Part shown: positions 39,443 to 51,413 of the stretch, in pieces
Layout: each line of letters opens with the position of its first letter
How positions within the stretch are numbered: position 1 is the stretch's first letter
Source: Mobula hypostoma
Taxonomy: Eukaryota
Assembly (NCBI RefSeq): GCF_963921235.1
Contig: NC_086107.1
Span: 100,194,001 to 100,258,000, forward strand
Direction: 5' to 3'
Length of the DNA: 64,000 bases
Made by a program: the position numbers and the translations under genes
Notes under the pieces: generated by a model
The model's input: only the letters and a program-made list of their open reading frames with translations
Database searches by the model: none
Told to the model about the DNA's origin: nothing

Positions 39443-40117
39443 CACTCATTGGCCACATTATTAGGTGCACCTGCTTGTTAATGCAAATATCTAATCAGCC
39501 AATCACATGCCGGCAACTCAAGGTACAAAAGCATGCAGGCATGGTCAAGAGGCTCAGTTGTTGTTCAGACCAAACATCAGAATGGGGGAAGAAATCATTT
39601 TGACAGTGGAATGATTGTTGATGCCAGACAGGGTGGTTTGAGTATCTCAGAAACTACTGATCTGCTGGGATTTTCATGTACAACCGTCAAAATCAAAGAA
39701 CAATTATTATCAAAGTATGTATACTTTATACAACCTTGAGATTCGTCTCCTTACAGGCAGCCACAAAACTAAGAAACCCGATAGAACCCCTTAAAACAAA
39801 AGAAGAGCGTCAACTCTAGAGTCTACAGAGAATGGTGCGAGGAACAAAAAACGTTGAGTGAGTGGCAGTTCTGTGGGTGAAAACACTTTGTTAATGAGAG
39901 AGGTCAGAGGAGAATGGCCAGACTGGTTCAAGCTGACAGGAAGGTGACAGTAACTCAAATAACCACGTGTTACAACAGTGGTGTGCAGAAAAGCATCTCT
40001 GAATGCACAACACGTCGAACCTTGAAGTGGATGGGTACAGAACCAGAGACCATGAACATACACTCAGTGGCCACTTGACTGGGTACAGGAGATCCCGAGT
40101 AAAATGGCCACTGCATG
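39443..40117 (+). mobile_element. Internally deleted Tc1-like element, itself interrupted by a ~125-bp insert
   Basis: Termini cactcattggccac / tggccactgcatg|TA; N-terminal transposase remnant GMIVDARQGGLSISETTDLLGFSCTTV...RGQRRMARLVQADRK. Confidence 0.7.
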
Positions 40118-41534
40118 TACTTTTGCTGTTGACTTGCAAAGTATTGTGAAGATTCCCGTTGATGTTTTGTCTGTAATAGAATCAATCTGTTATTCACCCT
40201 GCAGTCAATTCAAACACTTGATTTGCTTAATCAGGGTCTGAACAAGCCATCTAATATTAAATCTGAAGTCTGAATGAACTGTCATGCTCAGTGTTTTAAA
40301 TTCATTCTCAGGGTTTCCCAACCTGGGGCCTAATGGTATTGGTCCATGGCATAACAAGGGTTGGGAACCCCTAGTTAGCATTGATATGCATTCTGCAATC
40401 CACAAAAGTCCCATGTCCCATGGCCCACAAGTCTCCTTTGCATCAGCAGCAAAATGCCATGAGAAGTATGTTCTCAATAATAAATTTGTGTTCCTTCAGA
40501 ATTCTCAGCACCACAGTCATTACAGTCAAGTGACTGTACAACCAGAATTCTAGAAATGACCAACAAACACAAAATGCTCAGCAGACCAGGCAGCATCTAT
40601 GGAAAATGGTAAATAGTCAACACTTCAGGCCGAGACCCTTCATCCGGACTCAAAAATGAGGGAGGATTCCTGAATGAAGTCACTGGAGAAAAGTACTGGT
40701 AGATCTGAGGCAGCCTCTTTATTCAACAAAACAAGATACAGCAGGCATCGTATGGAGACGCTTTTGGTGGAAAGGTCTGGCTTTGCCCAGCGCTACACAC
40801 ATTTTATGTTCTAAAGATCAAAGAACATTCAGGAGGATTCAGACAAAGCCATATTAACAATCGTCCCACCATCACTCCCAAAGCAAGTGTCACATCCATG
40901 CAATGGAACGTTGATTGGACTATGCAGACAATCAGCTGGGTACCTGTTTCCTGGTTTGCCTGGTCTGTGAATCGATTGCTGCATTAAAATCAAATCCACA
41001 ATCCAGATCTGAAGACAGGTGGCCGAAGCTATCTGCTAAATGAGCTCGAATGGGCAGAGCAGCAGTTGCCAGGGTGTGATACCAGGGAACTCTTACTAAG
41101 TCGGAATCACTAGGTTGTTCCAGGAGAGGAATCTCCGTGGATGCAGCCACCCCTCACACAAAGGACAGGACTGTGGTTGCTGGAGCCCAACATCCCAGCC
41201 CTGAGACATTGCTGCAGAATAGTGCACTTTTCTGCTAAATGGCCAAAGCCAAAGGATCCTCAGATGGTTCCTCAGCTGCCTTCGTTCCTTTGTAAGGTCG
41301 CAAGAGGTAGCAGGGTTCATTCTTTGATTACAAGTCCCGAAGTAACGAAATGGAGGCCCCAATTCAGATTTGTTCAGACAGGAGCTGAGGAACGATGAGC
41401 AATGTTCGTGCCACGTTAAGTGTAAGGCAATGAGGATCTTCACAAGGGAAGAGTCCAGCTACCTTCCTGGACTCTCAGTGGCACCGCCATCATTCACAGT
41501 TCAAGTTTAATTGTCATCCAACCATACATGAATA

Positions 41535-41970
41535 CACATTGAGGCCACCCTCAGGGTGGAGGAGCAACACCTTATATTCCATCTGGGTTCCCTCGATTCT
41601 GCTCTGGTAAACAAACCATCCACACCCCCACCCCCAGTTTCCGCAAGTTCCAACTCTGACCTTTCACCTCTTCTCCTCTGGGTCCCCTCCCTCTTGCTCT
41701 TCTCCTACAGTGTACCTTCCTCTGATAGGATTCTTCCTCAGCCCTTCCCCTTTCTCACCCACCTGGCTTCACCTATCACCCTCCAGCAAGCCTCTTTCTC
41801 CTTCCCCCCCCCACCTTTTTATTCTGGCATCTTCCCCCTTCCTTCTCAGTGGGTCTCTTGCCCAAAATGTCGACTGTTTACCCATTTCCATGGGTGCTGC
41901 CTGACCTGCTGAGTTCCTCCAGCATTTTGTGTGTGTTGCTCGGATTTCCAGCATCTGCAGACTTTCTTGC
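41535..41970 (+). mobile_element. Penelope-like element 3' portion
   Basis: EATLRVEEQHLIFHLGSL, CT-rich UTR, shared terminus ...cagcattttgtgtgtgttgc...gcatctgcag. Confidence 0.7.
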
Positions 41971-42905
41971 GTTTATGAATACTCATGAGTACAGTCAGAA
42001 GAAGCGGTGTTACTCCGGGGCCAACACACATCACCGAGCACGTGTAAGATATTTGTAAAGTCCAGTCACACAAGAAAATAAAGTCCCTGTTGCAGAAATC
42101 TGCAGCTGAGCGTAATACAGCTTGCCTTCTGCTGAGCGAACTCTAGGGGGCAGCACTGACTGCAGTTTGGATGCCATGCCACACTGCCTCTGGGGGAGCT
42201 CATCGACTCTGGCACCTCTCTCCTGGACATCAGAGTAAACAGGCAACATTGCAGCTTCAGGCACGGTCCTCACTACCACCAATGCCACGCAACTCCCCCA
42301 TTGTCAACATCCTGAGGATCAGAGATGAGGAAATCAAAGGGTGGGTATTCTGTGGCTCATAACTCTCCAGAGGCACAAAAATGTGAGGACACGGGTTGCG
42401 CACTTCAGATGCATGTAGTCTCAACACAGTAAGATAAACTGCTTCATCTTTGTTTAAGGAGATAAACTTGCATTGGTGGCAGTTTGGGGTGGCTCACCAG
42501 GTTGGTTCCTTGGATCAGGGGGTTATCTTATGAGAAGCAGTTGACCAGGTTGGACCCGTAAATGTCGGCGGTTAGAAGAATGAGACAAGTTTGCTTCTAA
42601 AAAGCAGGGAACTATAAAACTGCAAATGCTGGAAATCTGTGATTACAAACAAATGCTGAAAGCACTCAGTATCTGTAGAAAGTGAAACAGTTAACAACTG
42701 AGATTGTTCACCAGATTCCAAGGGAAAAGCTGAGCATGGGAAGTTTTCGAACTATTCATAAGCACAAGAGATTCTACAGTTGCAGGAAATCTTGAGCAAC
42801 ACACAAAAAATGCAGGAAGAACTCAGCAGGTCAGGCAGCATCAATGAAGAGGAACAAACAGTTGACGTTTTGGGCTAATCTCCTTCGTAAGGAGATTAGC
42901 CCAAA

Positions 42906-43328
42906 AAACAAACTCATTCGTAAGGCCAGTGATGTTGTGGGGATGGAACTGGACTCACTCACGGTGGTGTCTGAAAAGAGGATGCTGTCTAAGTTGCATG
43001 CCATCTTGGTCAATGTGTCCCATCCACTACATAATGTACTGGGTGGGCACAGGAGTACATTCAGCCAGAGACTCATCCCACTGAGATGCAACACAGAGCG
43101 TCATAGGAAGTCATTCCTGCCTGTGGCCATCAAACTTTACAACTCCTCCCTTGGAGGGTCAGACACCCTGAGCCAATAGGCTGGTCCTGGACTTATTTCA
43201 TAATTTACTGGTGTAATTTACATATTACTATTTAACTATTTATGGTTCTATTACTATTTATTATTTATGGTGCAACTGTAACGAAAACCAATTTCCCCCA
43301 GGATCAATATTAAGTATGACTATGACTA
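42906..43328 (+). mobile_element. Rex1/Babar-like 3' fragment inserted into a Penelope-like terminus just upstream of the slc25a38 CpG island
   Basis: NKLIRKASDVVGMELDSLTVVSEKR...IKLYNSS; (TATGAC)n tail; host sequence ccttc...ttcatcagga resumes after it. Confidence 0.88.
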
Positions 43329-43399
43329 TTCATCAGGACAGGGGCTGTGACCATGACCTTTCACATTTGGTAAATCTGTGAAACACTGCAACCTCCCCC

Positions 43400-43900
43400 A
43401 GGCCGCAGAAATGGAGAGAAGGTAGTCGGGGGCAGGCTGCTATTACAGCCCACGGCTGGTAGGGGGAGCATCTGGTCCGAGGGCGGGGTGTTGTGAGGCT
43501 TATGGCCGGTGGGGGGAAAACGGTGGTTCGTGGGGCAGCGTGCTGTTACAACTCGCGGCCGGCAGGGGGAGCTGGGATGTCGTCGGGCAGGGGGGCTGCG
43601 ACGGCCTGTGGCCGGCAGGGGGCGGAGCGGCGCCCCCATCGCGGTCCAACAAGCGCGCCGAGCTGCGGAGAAGCAGCTGAAACCGGTTTGGATCGGGCGA
43701 GAGGCGCAGGGAAACAGCGGCGGCGGCGGAGCCGGAGCCGGGAAACCCGGACGAAGAGCGTGTCCACACTCAAGGTGCCACGCCGAGCCCGAGAACCAGA
43801 CCCCAGCCCAGGATCAGGGAGGCAGCAATTCATCCCGGGGTCATCGAGGGATCCCTCCAGGACCAGGGACCTGATTCCATCTGAGATCCAGGGATCTAAT
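43400..43900 (+). promoter_or_regulatory. slc25a38: CpG island / GC-box promoter of slc25a38
   Basis: The only strongly GC- and CpG-dense segment in the window; GGGCGG boxes near 43481 and 43620; lies ~0.5-0.9 kb upstream of the start codon. Confidence 0.8.
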
Positions 43901-43951
43901 GCTGACTTAACAACCGAATCCAGCTCAGGACCGGGAAGCCCAAATAATCAG
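43640..43951 (+). other. slc25a38: Putative upstream first exon of slc25a38 (5' end uncertain)
   Basis: CpG-island sequence ends at a good donor CAG|GTAACT (43952); a candidate acceptor ctaacag| lies at 44185. Confidence 0.5.
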
Positions 43952-44109
43952 GTAACTGAAACCACCCGATGGCCCCAGCTTTAATGTTTAAGCATTTTAA
44001 AATATGCACAGTTGGATCAAACTCCCAGGAGCCCCCAGAAGGAGGGAAATGAGATTTACCTTTTAAATGGGTCCAATGTTCTGCGCCTGTACTACTCTTC
44101 AATTAAATT

Positions 44110-44415
44110 TTATCTTCCTGACTCATGTGACAATATAATAGCCGGGACCTATTGCCCCCTGCCAGTTTATAGAAAATTCTAACAGGGATTATCTTGAGCT
44201 GCTGGCAAAGGGAGTTTTGCTGTTAATCTACATTTAACTTGAAGGATTTTATAATTTTTTGCTTATCTGTTTAAATGATTCAAGAGCTGAAGACGTTAAT
44301 CCAGGATCGAATCCTGAGGAAGAAAGAAAACATGGAGGTTTTTCTGGTAAGTGAATGCACTTTCAATAACAAGGAGATAAGGGAATATTGGTAGCCGGAG
44401 GAGATCAGGCTATCA
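44110..44415. promoter_or_regulatory. Cluster of five WGATAR motifs plus an AP-1/NF-E2-like site; candidate erythroid promoter or enhancer
   Basis: TTATCT at 44110, 44189 and 44263; AGATAA at 44375; CTATCA at 44410; TGACTCA at 44119-44125. Confidence 0.55.
44332..44346 (+). CDS. slc25a38: slc25a38 start exon, MEVFL
   Basis: aacATGG Kozak context; ATG GAG GTT TTT CTG|GTAAGT is a strong phase-0 donor; joined to the next exon it gives [16 protein letters not shown], similar to short fish SLC25A38 N-termini. Confidence 0.8.
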
Positions 44416-45419
44416 GGAGTTTGGAGAACTTACTCTGGGGTTGAGTTTGTTCATGCCTGGTCTGTTCCCCAACACTAACTGCAGTCCTTAAAACCCACCA
44501 AAGACTCAACGATTCCGCCAATTGACCAGCAGTTTACCGAGGGAGAGAGATCCCTTGGAGCAAAATTAGTTTCTCACTCCTTCCCCTCGTTCTGGATTCA
44601 TACACCTGAGTAAATTCAAGGAATACAAATCTGTTGAGTGCAATTTTATTTTGGGCAGGTTTTGTATCCCTCAGCCTCCCAGCATAAAATCACTGGAGAG
44701 GGAGATTCTTGCTAAGTGCGTTTGGTAAAGAAGACTTCCTTAACGTGGGGCCATGTCAGCGTTCCCAACCTTTTTTTATGCCAGGGATCCCGACCATTAA
44801 TTTTGGGAACCTTGCGCGGTGACCAGGCAGCCTACTGGTATGGTCTCTGTGATTGCTGGTACCTACCACATTAGGTGAGCGGACTCTGTCGGAGCAGACT
44901 CACACAGAAAAAACCAGCAGTCGTGGCTGATGAAATGGGCTGGGGGTGGAGTCTGTGCGAGTCAGGTTTCCAAAGCAGAGCTTAGCTTCTCAGTACTAGA
45001 GTGGAACTGGTTATGGGCGGTAAAGCTGCTGATACATTTCCCAACCATTGCCTTGGTACTTACGGGAAAGATAAGTCATGTTTGTTTACTGAAAAAAAAA
45101 CACAACTTGTGGTTTCATAATGCTTTTCACAACTTGTAAGGCCAAGTAAGTTTCCTTGCAGCCTCTTGTTGTTTACTTAGAATATTTTGAGATGCCTCTT
45201 TTAAAGTAATATATGGTAAAAACAAAGACACTTCAACTTTCTGAGTTGTTTTGAGCCTTGCTCTAAGAAGGTTTTGACCCTGGCCAGCGAGATTTCTAAT
45301 CCATTCTCCTAAAGAACAATGAAATCAGGTGGGGTTAGTGAGAGACAGTGGGCTGAATGGCCTTTCACAGTGTTGTACTGCTCTAGGGTATACCACCCGG
45401 ATCAGTGCTGTGACCTTTG

Positions 45420-46480
45420 CCACATTAACTTAAGAGTGTCCATGGTCTGATAAGTAAGTTTGTTGACGACAGGAAGATTGGTGGAGCTGTAGATAGCGAG
45501 GACGGTTGTCTAACGATACGGAGGGACATGGCTGGAAAGTAGGGTGGAGAAATGGCAGATGGAAACCAATCTAAGTAAGTCAATTTTGGTTAACTTAATA
45601 CTGGCTGGGCGTGTCGAGTGGGTGGCAGGGACCTTTAGAACTGTTAATGTACACAGGGGTGCAAGTTCATAGCTCCCTGAAAGTGGCAAGACATACAGAT
45701 AGGGAAGGAAAGGGGCATGCAGGGATCTTGACGATAAGAGTTCGCACGTCATGCTGCAGCTGTACAAGACATTGCTTAGGCCACTTGGAGTATTGTGTGC
45801 AGTTCTGACCACCACAGTACGGAGGGGTAAGGTAGTGTTAAATAGAGCGCAGAAGAGACTCACCAGAATGTTGGCTGGAATGGAGGGCTGTAGTTACCAG
45901 GAAAGATAGGCTGGGATTGTTCTCACTGGAGCATGGGGGGCTGAGCAAAAACGTTACAGCGATTTACAAAATTATGACGATTATACAAGTATCACACGTG
46001 AAATGCTGGAGGAACTTGTTAAGTTAGGCAGCATCTTTAGAGGGAAATAAACAGTCCTCATCTCGGGCCAAGAATCCCCATTGGGGAAAGTCAGCCTTTT
46101 TTCAAGGGTGGGGGAATCTAAAACCAGAGGGCATGGGTTTAAGGCGAGCAGAGGAAACGGGTGCTCCCGTTTTAGGTCGTTGTAAGTTGTCGTGTGATTA
46201 GGTTGGGGTCAAATCGGGTTGCTGGGTGGCGCAGCTCGAAAAACTGGAAGGGCCTATTCTGTGTCGTATCTCCCAAGTAAATAAACTTCTGGAGGAGGTC
46301 TGATGGGAAATTGTTCTGCACAAAGGGTGGTCAAGGTATGGAACAAGCTGCTGAAAAGGTGACAGAGGCAGATATGATCACAGCATTTAAAATCCACCTG
46401 AACAGGTACATGGGGAGAAAAGGAACAGCGACGTGGGCTCACTGCAGGAAAATGGATTAGCACAGTTGGGCATCTTCGTT
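45420..46480 (+). mobile_element. Degraded CR1 fragments with nested SINE and Penelope pieces
   Basis: KFVDDRKIGG RT-like remnant; HLEYCVQF; ERVQRRFTRML-like sequence; boundaries approximate. Confidence 0.65.
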
Positions 46481-47278
46481 ATAGTATAGGAAATGCAACA
46501 GCTCTTGACCAAACAACAGTCTGATCATGACCAAATTAATCTACTTTAGAGATCTTTGGCAATAAACATTTACTCCCCAACTGTTTTTCCAAGGAGCACA
46601 TTAACCTGAGACAACGTGCAGGATTTTGAGTGAAGGACCTGTCTGGAAGATGGCTCTCCGAGCTGTGTAACGCTCCATCAATAAGGCTCTGGGAGTCGGC
46701 ATGGAAACTAAAGGCTCAGTCTGTGTTAGATGAGCAAAGGTCAGACTACAGAGGTGGGATCCATTTACCCTGAATGGTCAGAACAGTTATGGGTATTACC
46801 CAGAGATCGATGGTCCTCGGTTGCAAGAAGCAAGTCTGAGAGCCAGTTTGGGTCCAATGTAGCCCCTGGAGTCAAATAGCAGTCAAGGAGAGTGGCCACA
46901 GCAATCAGGGTAAGAGCAGGGGGTCTCCTTCCCTTCTCATCCCTGGAGAATGGGAAGACTATGGACTGAATGTCTTCTGGGTCCGGTTGAGGGCAGCTGG
47001 CATGCACCTTGTTGATTGAGGGTTGGACCTGACGCCCCCGATTGTGTATCCTGCACCTGCCCCTCTCTCGAACTGTATGTTACTGGTGATGTTTGTGAAA
47101 GGACACAGACAGGAGGGAGCTTCTTGTGACCGTTCTTTTGATTCCGGGATTTACAGACAAATGCAGCAGAGAGTGGTGGTCTGGGCTATAAGTGAAGATA
47201 GTGCAACAGTGCACAATCTCTAGGGCTCCTGAGTGCCCAGGCAGGGAGGAAAGGGAATCAGCAACTCAGGACAGGTGC

Positions 47279-47512
47279 CTCCCTCTCCCTCCCTCCCTTT
47301 CTTCTTCTTCTCCTTCTCCCTCCCCCTCTCCCTCCCCCTCTCCCTCCCCCTCTCCCTCCCCCTCTCCCTCCCCCTCTCCCTCCCCCTCCCCCTCCCCCTC
47401 CCCCTCCCCCTCCCCCTCCCCCTCCCCCTCCCCCTCCCCCTCCCCCTCCCCCTCCCCCTCTCCCTCCCCCTCTCCCTCCCCCTCCCCCTCCCTCTCCCTC
47501 CCCCCCCTTTCC
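47279..47512. repeat. (CCCCCT/CTCCCT)n polypyrimidine tract
   Basis: Read directly; about 230 nt of pure pyrimidines. Confidence 0.97.
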
Positions 47513-48748
47513 TTCACCCCGCTGCACTACATTATCACACGCACGCAGACGAGACAGGCCTCCTTCACGCCCTCCATTCCTTGCAATGTGATTGGCCATC
47601 GGCAACATTAAGCTGAGTGTCTTGTTTCAGACAGTCATAGCAGTTTGTGTCAAGACAGGGCAGCTTTGAGATCTGACACAGCACAACGGTGTCTAACAGT
47701 GGAAACATTTTGTTGATCATCAGTTTGTACCAATGTGTCTTAATAAACCACCTATCAACTGTTTTTGTTCCCAACCTGAAAACAGATGATTCTTGAGAAA
47801 TACAAAATGTGTCTCAAAAATAAAATCTAGGGGTATAAAGTATCAAAATCATGTTTCCAAGCAGAAATTCAGCTGATGCCTGGCCAGGCTGTCGTGGAAT
47901 GAGGGATTGAGTTGGTGAGGCCTGGTATTGTCTGGAGTTCAGGAGAATGTGAGAAGACTTCATTAAAACTTACAAAACTTTCAGTGGGCTCTCAGGGGCA
48001 GGTGCAGGGACAGTGTGTCCCCAGCCTGTGGGATAAGACCAGGAGCCACAGTCTCGAAACGGTAGGTTGTTCAGGACTGAAATCAGGAGCAGTTTCAGCA
48101 CAGAGGGTGGTGAATCTTTTGAGGCCCCCTCTACCCTGGGGGATGTGGAGACTTCATACTGATTCCATTTAATGGCTGTTAAAGGCGAGATGTTCTGTTT
48201 GTGCCAATGTGCCACAGTCCAAGGGTTGTGTTTCTGTCATCAACATAGCATGCCTACAACCCACTGACCCTAACTGTACGTCTTTGGAAAGTGCGAGGAA
48301 CATGGGACACTCAGTGGAAACCCATCAGTCACGGGGAACGTGGCGTGGATTGAAGTCCAGTGATCACTGGGTCGGGAAAGCAGTTATGCAAACTGCTACA
48401 CTACTGCGCTGCCCTTAGCCAAATGATGATGTTTAGCAGTAGGTCAGGGCAGGCTCGAGGGGCTGAATGGCCTACTCAGCTTCTATTTCTTATGCCCTCA
48501 TTAATATTTTCTTGTCGAATCTATTTCTCTGTCACATGGGATATAAACTGATAAAAAAAACCTACTCAAGGGTGTTATCTTAGTGTGTAACTGTGGGTGT
48601 TGTTATTTGTTCACACGTCCATTAAAATTCATGCATGAAAGTTTTTTTTTACACACCACTTTAACTTGTAACATTGACAAGTCCCAAACTGAGCTGTGGG
48701 GTGAGATTGCTTATACTGGTGGGGAAGGTAGGGGTGGAATTGTGAATA

Positions 48749-49360
48749 CAGTTTGAGTACCCCTTGTCCGAAATGCTTGGGGCTGGAAGTGTTTTGGATT
48801 TTGGGAAATACAATGAGATAGTTTGGGATTGCCATCATTTCTGGCACTGAATTTATGTGCCAAACAGGAAGCAGTCTTTGTCACCACACATAGGTACTGA
48901 TGCATCCATTCAGTGTGTTAGATTTTTATCAGTGACGATCTTAGCAAACTCCTCATTGAATTTCTCTGCAGCTTCATTATCAGGAGATGCTTTATCAGCG
49001 CAAATATTTAAAAATTTAATGCCGTGCCTTTTCTTAAATTTCTGCAACCAGCCTGCCGAACATTCACAATTACCTTCAATTTTCAATTTGTCGCGATGGA
49101 TCTTTGCTTGTTTCATGATCAGCATACCATTAAGTGGCACGTTCACTCTGACACTGACAAATCCACTCTTTTACTACACGATCGAGATCTTAGTTTTTCT
49201 GCTTTATGCAGGGTGAGGTCACTTCTCGGAAAGGCCTGTGGTGCACAGAGAATTACGTATCACCCGGGAACCTTCCCAGTGCCTTGTGGAATTTTCCATC
49301 ATGTCAGCACTGAGAAAAAGCTTCGGATTATGGAATTTTGGATAGGGCGGACCCAACCTG
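48749..49360 (-). mobile_element. Tigger/pogo-family DNA transposon, internally deleted
   Basis: TA|cagtttgagtaccccttgtccgaaat ... attttggatagggcggacccaacctg|TA; CENP-B-type HTH remnant VPLNGMLIMKQAK...SAGWLQKFKKRHGI. Confidence 0.88.
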
Positions 49361-50869
49361 TAATGTTAAAGTGTCGAAGTGTTGCTCAGGCTGATCATTT
49401 TGGTTCACATGCTGCAGTGCAGATGATTTGTTTAATTGTCGTGAACTGTGTCAAGGAGGCTGAACTCACTTTCTGTTTGCTGTAAAACACTCTGTCATCT
49501 TAGAATCCTGTGGGTTTGCTTAACTATAAACACGAGATTCTGCAGATGTTGGAAATCTTCAGCAACACACAGAATGCTGAAGCAATTCAGCGAGCTCAGG
49601 CAGCACCTACAAAGGGGGAGTAAACAGTTCACATTTTGTGCCAAGGCCCTTAATGAGGACTAGAAAGGAAGGGGCAGAAACCGGAGTAAGAAGGTAGGGG
49701 GAAGTGGAAGGAGTGCGGGTGATAGGTGATACCAGGTGAGGGGGAATGTGGGTGGGAGAAGTAAGAATTGTAGAGGGTACAACTTTGCAGAGGATTGCTC
49801 AGAATTCCAAATAGTGTCAGTTTTTAAGTGTTGTCTAACCGGAGTTTCATAGAGCTGCAACATTACCTCACAGTTCTTGAGCTCAGTCCCCTGACTAATA
49901 AAGACCAACGCACCAAATGCCTTCTTAAATACCCTACCAATTTGTGTGGCAACTTTGAGGGACCCCCAAGATCCCACTGTTTCTCCGCTCTGCTAAGAAC
50001 TCTGTACTCTACCTTTGAGTTCAACCTTGCAAGGCGAACCACTTTGTTGTACTATAGGAAGGATGTGGAGGCTTTGAAGAGGAAATGAAAGTGAACAATT
50101 TAAAAACTAAGATTTGAAGTTTCCTGATGTATGCCTCGGGCTGCGAACAGGGGCCGATGATCATATTTACCTGGGATGTGGAAGAAAACTAGAGCGCCTG
50201 ATGCAAACCACACAGGGAGAACGTACAAACTCCACGCTGTCAGCATCAAGCCTCTGTCAGGCAGCAGCTCTACTAGCTGAGACACTGTGCTGTTTTTTTG
50301 AGTTGTGAAAAATAATTGCTGGGTGTGTCTCCACTGGAAATGGCATCAAACTGAAGTCTGTATTTAAATGCCTCCAGCTTCCCCCTCCCCCCCCCCCACT
50401 CGCAGGAAACTGAAGTTCATGGATTTTATTGTAGAATCCCACTGGTTGTCCCATCTCCCGGGGGAGGGAGTGCAGCAGTTTCAGACAGTGCAAGCAGAAT
50501 ACAGACTGTGACTCCAGCTCCCCCTCACAGCAGGGGAACTGTTCACAGTGTCAACAGCAGCCCTGCCCTGGGAACATTATGTTACAGTATGGCCAGTACA
50601 TGTTTATTTTTGGTGACTTGTGCTTCACCCAGGGCTTAATGGAGCCCCCAGAGTCACTGCTGGTGGATCCAAGCAAAGAGTGTGAGGAAAATTGAAGGAA
50701 GTGTGAACATGGACGTGGACCAAATTTCCCGTTCGTTGCATAATTCCGTATGCACTGCTCCCGAACTCCGAACGGTTGTACCTCTTTTGTGTTTAAAAAG
50801 AGTGATGAATCAGCGACAAGGACCTGTATGTTGTGCCGTTCATCTCAGAACATAGAGTGATAGAGCACA

Positions 50870-51345
50870 GATAAAGCCCCTTTGTCTCAAAAGTCTGTGC
50901 AAAATACAGTTCCAGATTAACCTAATTCTCTTCTGCTTGCACGTGCTCCATATCCCTCCCTTCCCTGCTTATTCATGTGTCCGAAACGCAACAGCCTCCT
51001 AAACACCATTATTGTATCCGCTTTCCCTGGCACCCACCACTCTCTGTTTTTAAAAGAAAACACTTGCCTCTCATATTTCCCTTAAATTTCCCCCCGCACT
51101 TTAAATACATGTCTTCTAGTATTTGAACTGTCAACCCTGGGACACTCTACCATATCTGTGTTTATAATGATCTTATAAAGATCTATCAGGCCTCCCAGGC
51201 CCCAGAGAAAACATCCCAACATTGTGTTTAGTTCATATCCAGGTGAACCTCATCTGCAGCTTTTCCAAAGCTTCCACATCTTTCCTCTAATGGCGTGACC
51301 AGAATTGCACACAATACTCCCGAGTGTAGCCTAACCAGTTTTTTT
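50870..51345 (-). mobile_element. CR1 3' fragment
   Basis: Reverse complement of the LEYCVQFWSR...KDVEALEK motif; boundaries approximate. Confidence 0.65.
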
Positions 51346-51413
51346 TATAGTTAATAACATTTTTCACTGTCTGTATTTTCTGTTCATGTTCTGGTTTTGC
51401 CTTGCTTTGCCAG

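Noticed and set aside
47192..47616. (SP)n, (LP)n, (GE)n and poly-G ORFs
   Set aside because: Translations of a hexanucleotide microsatellite
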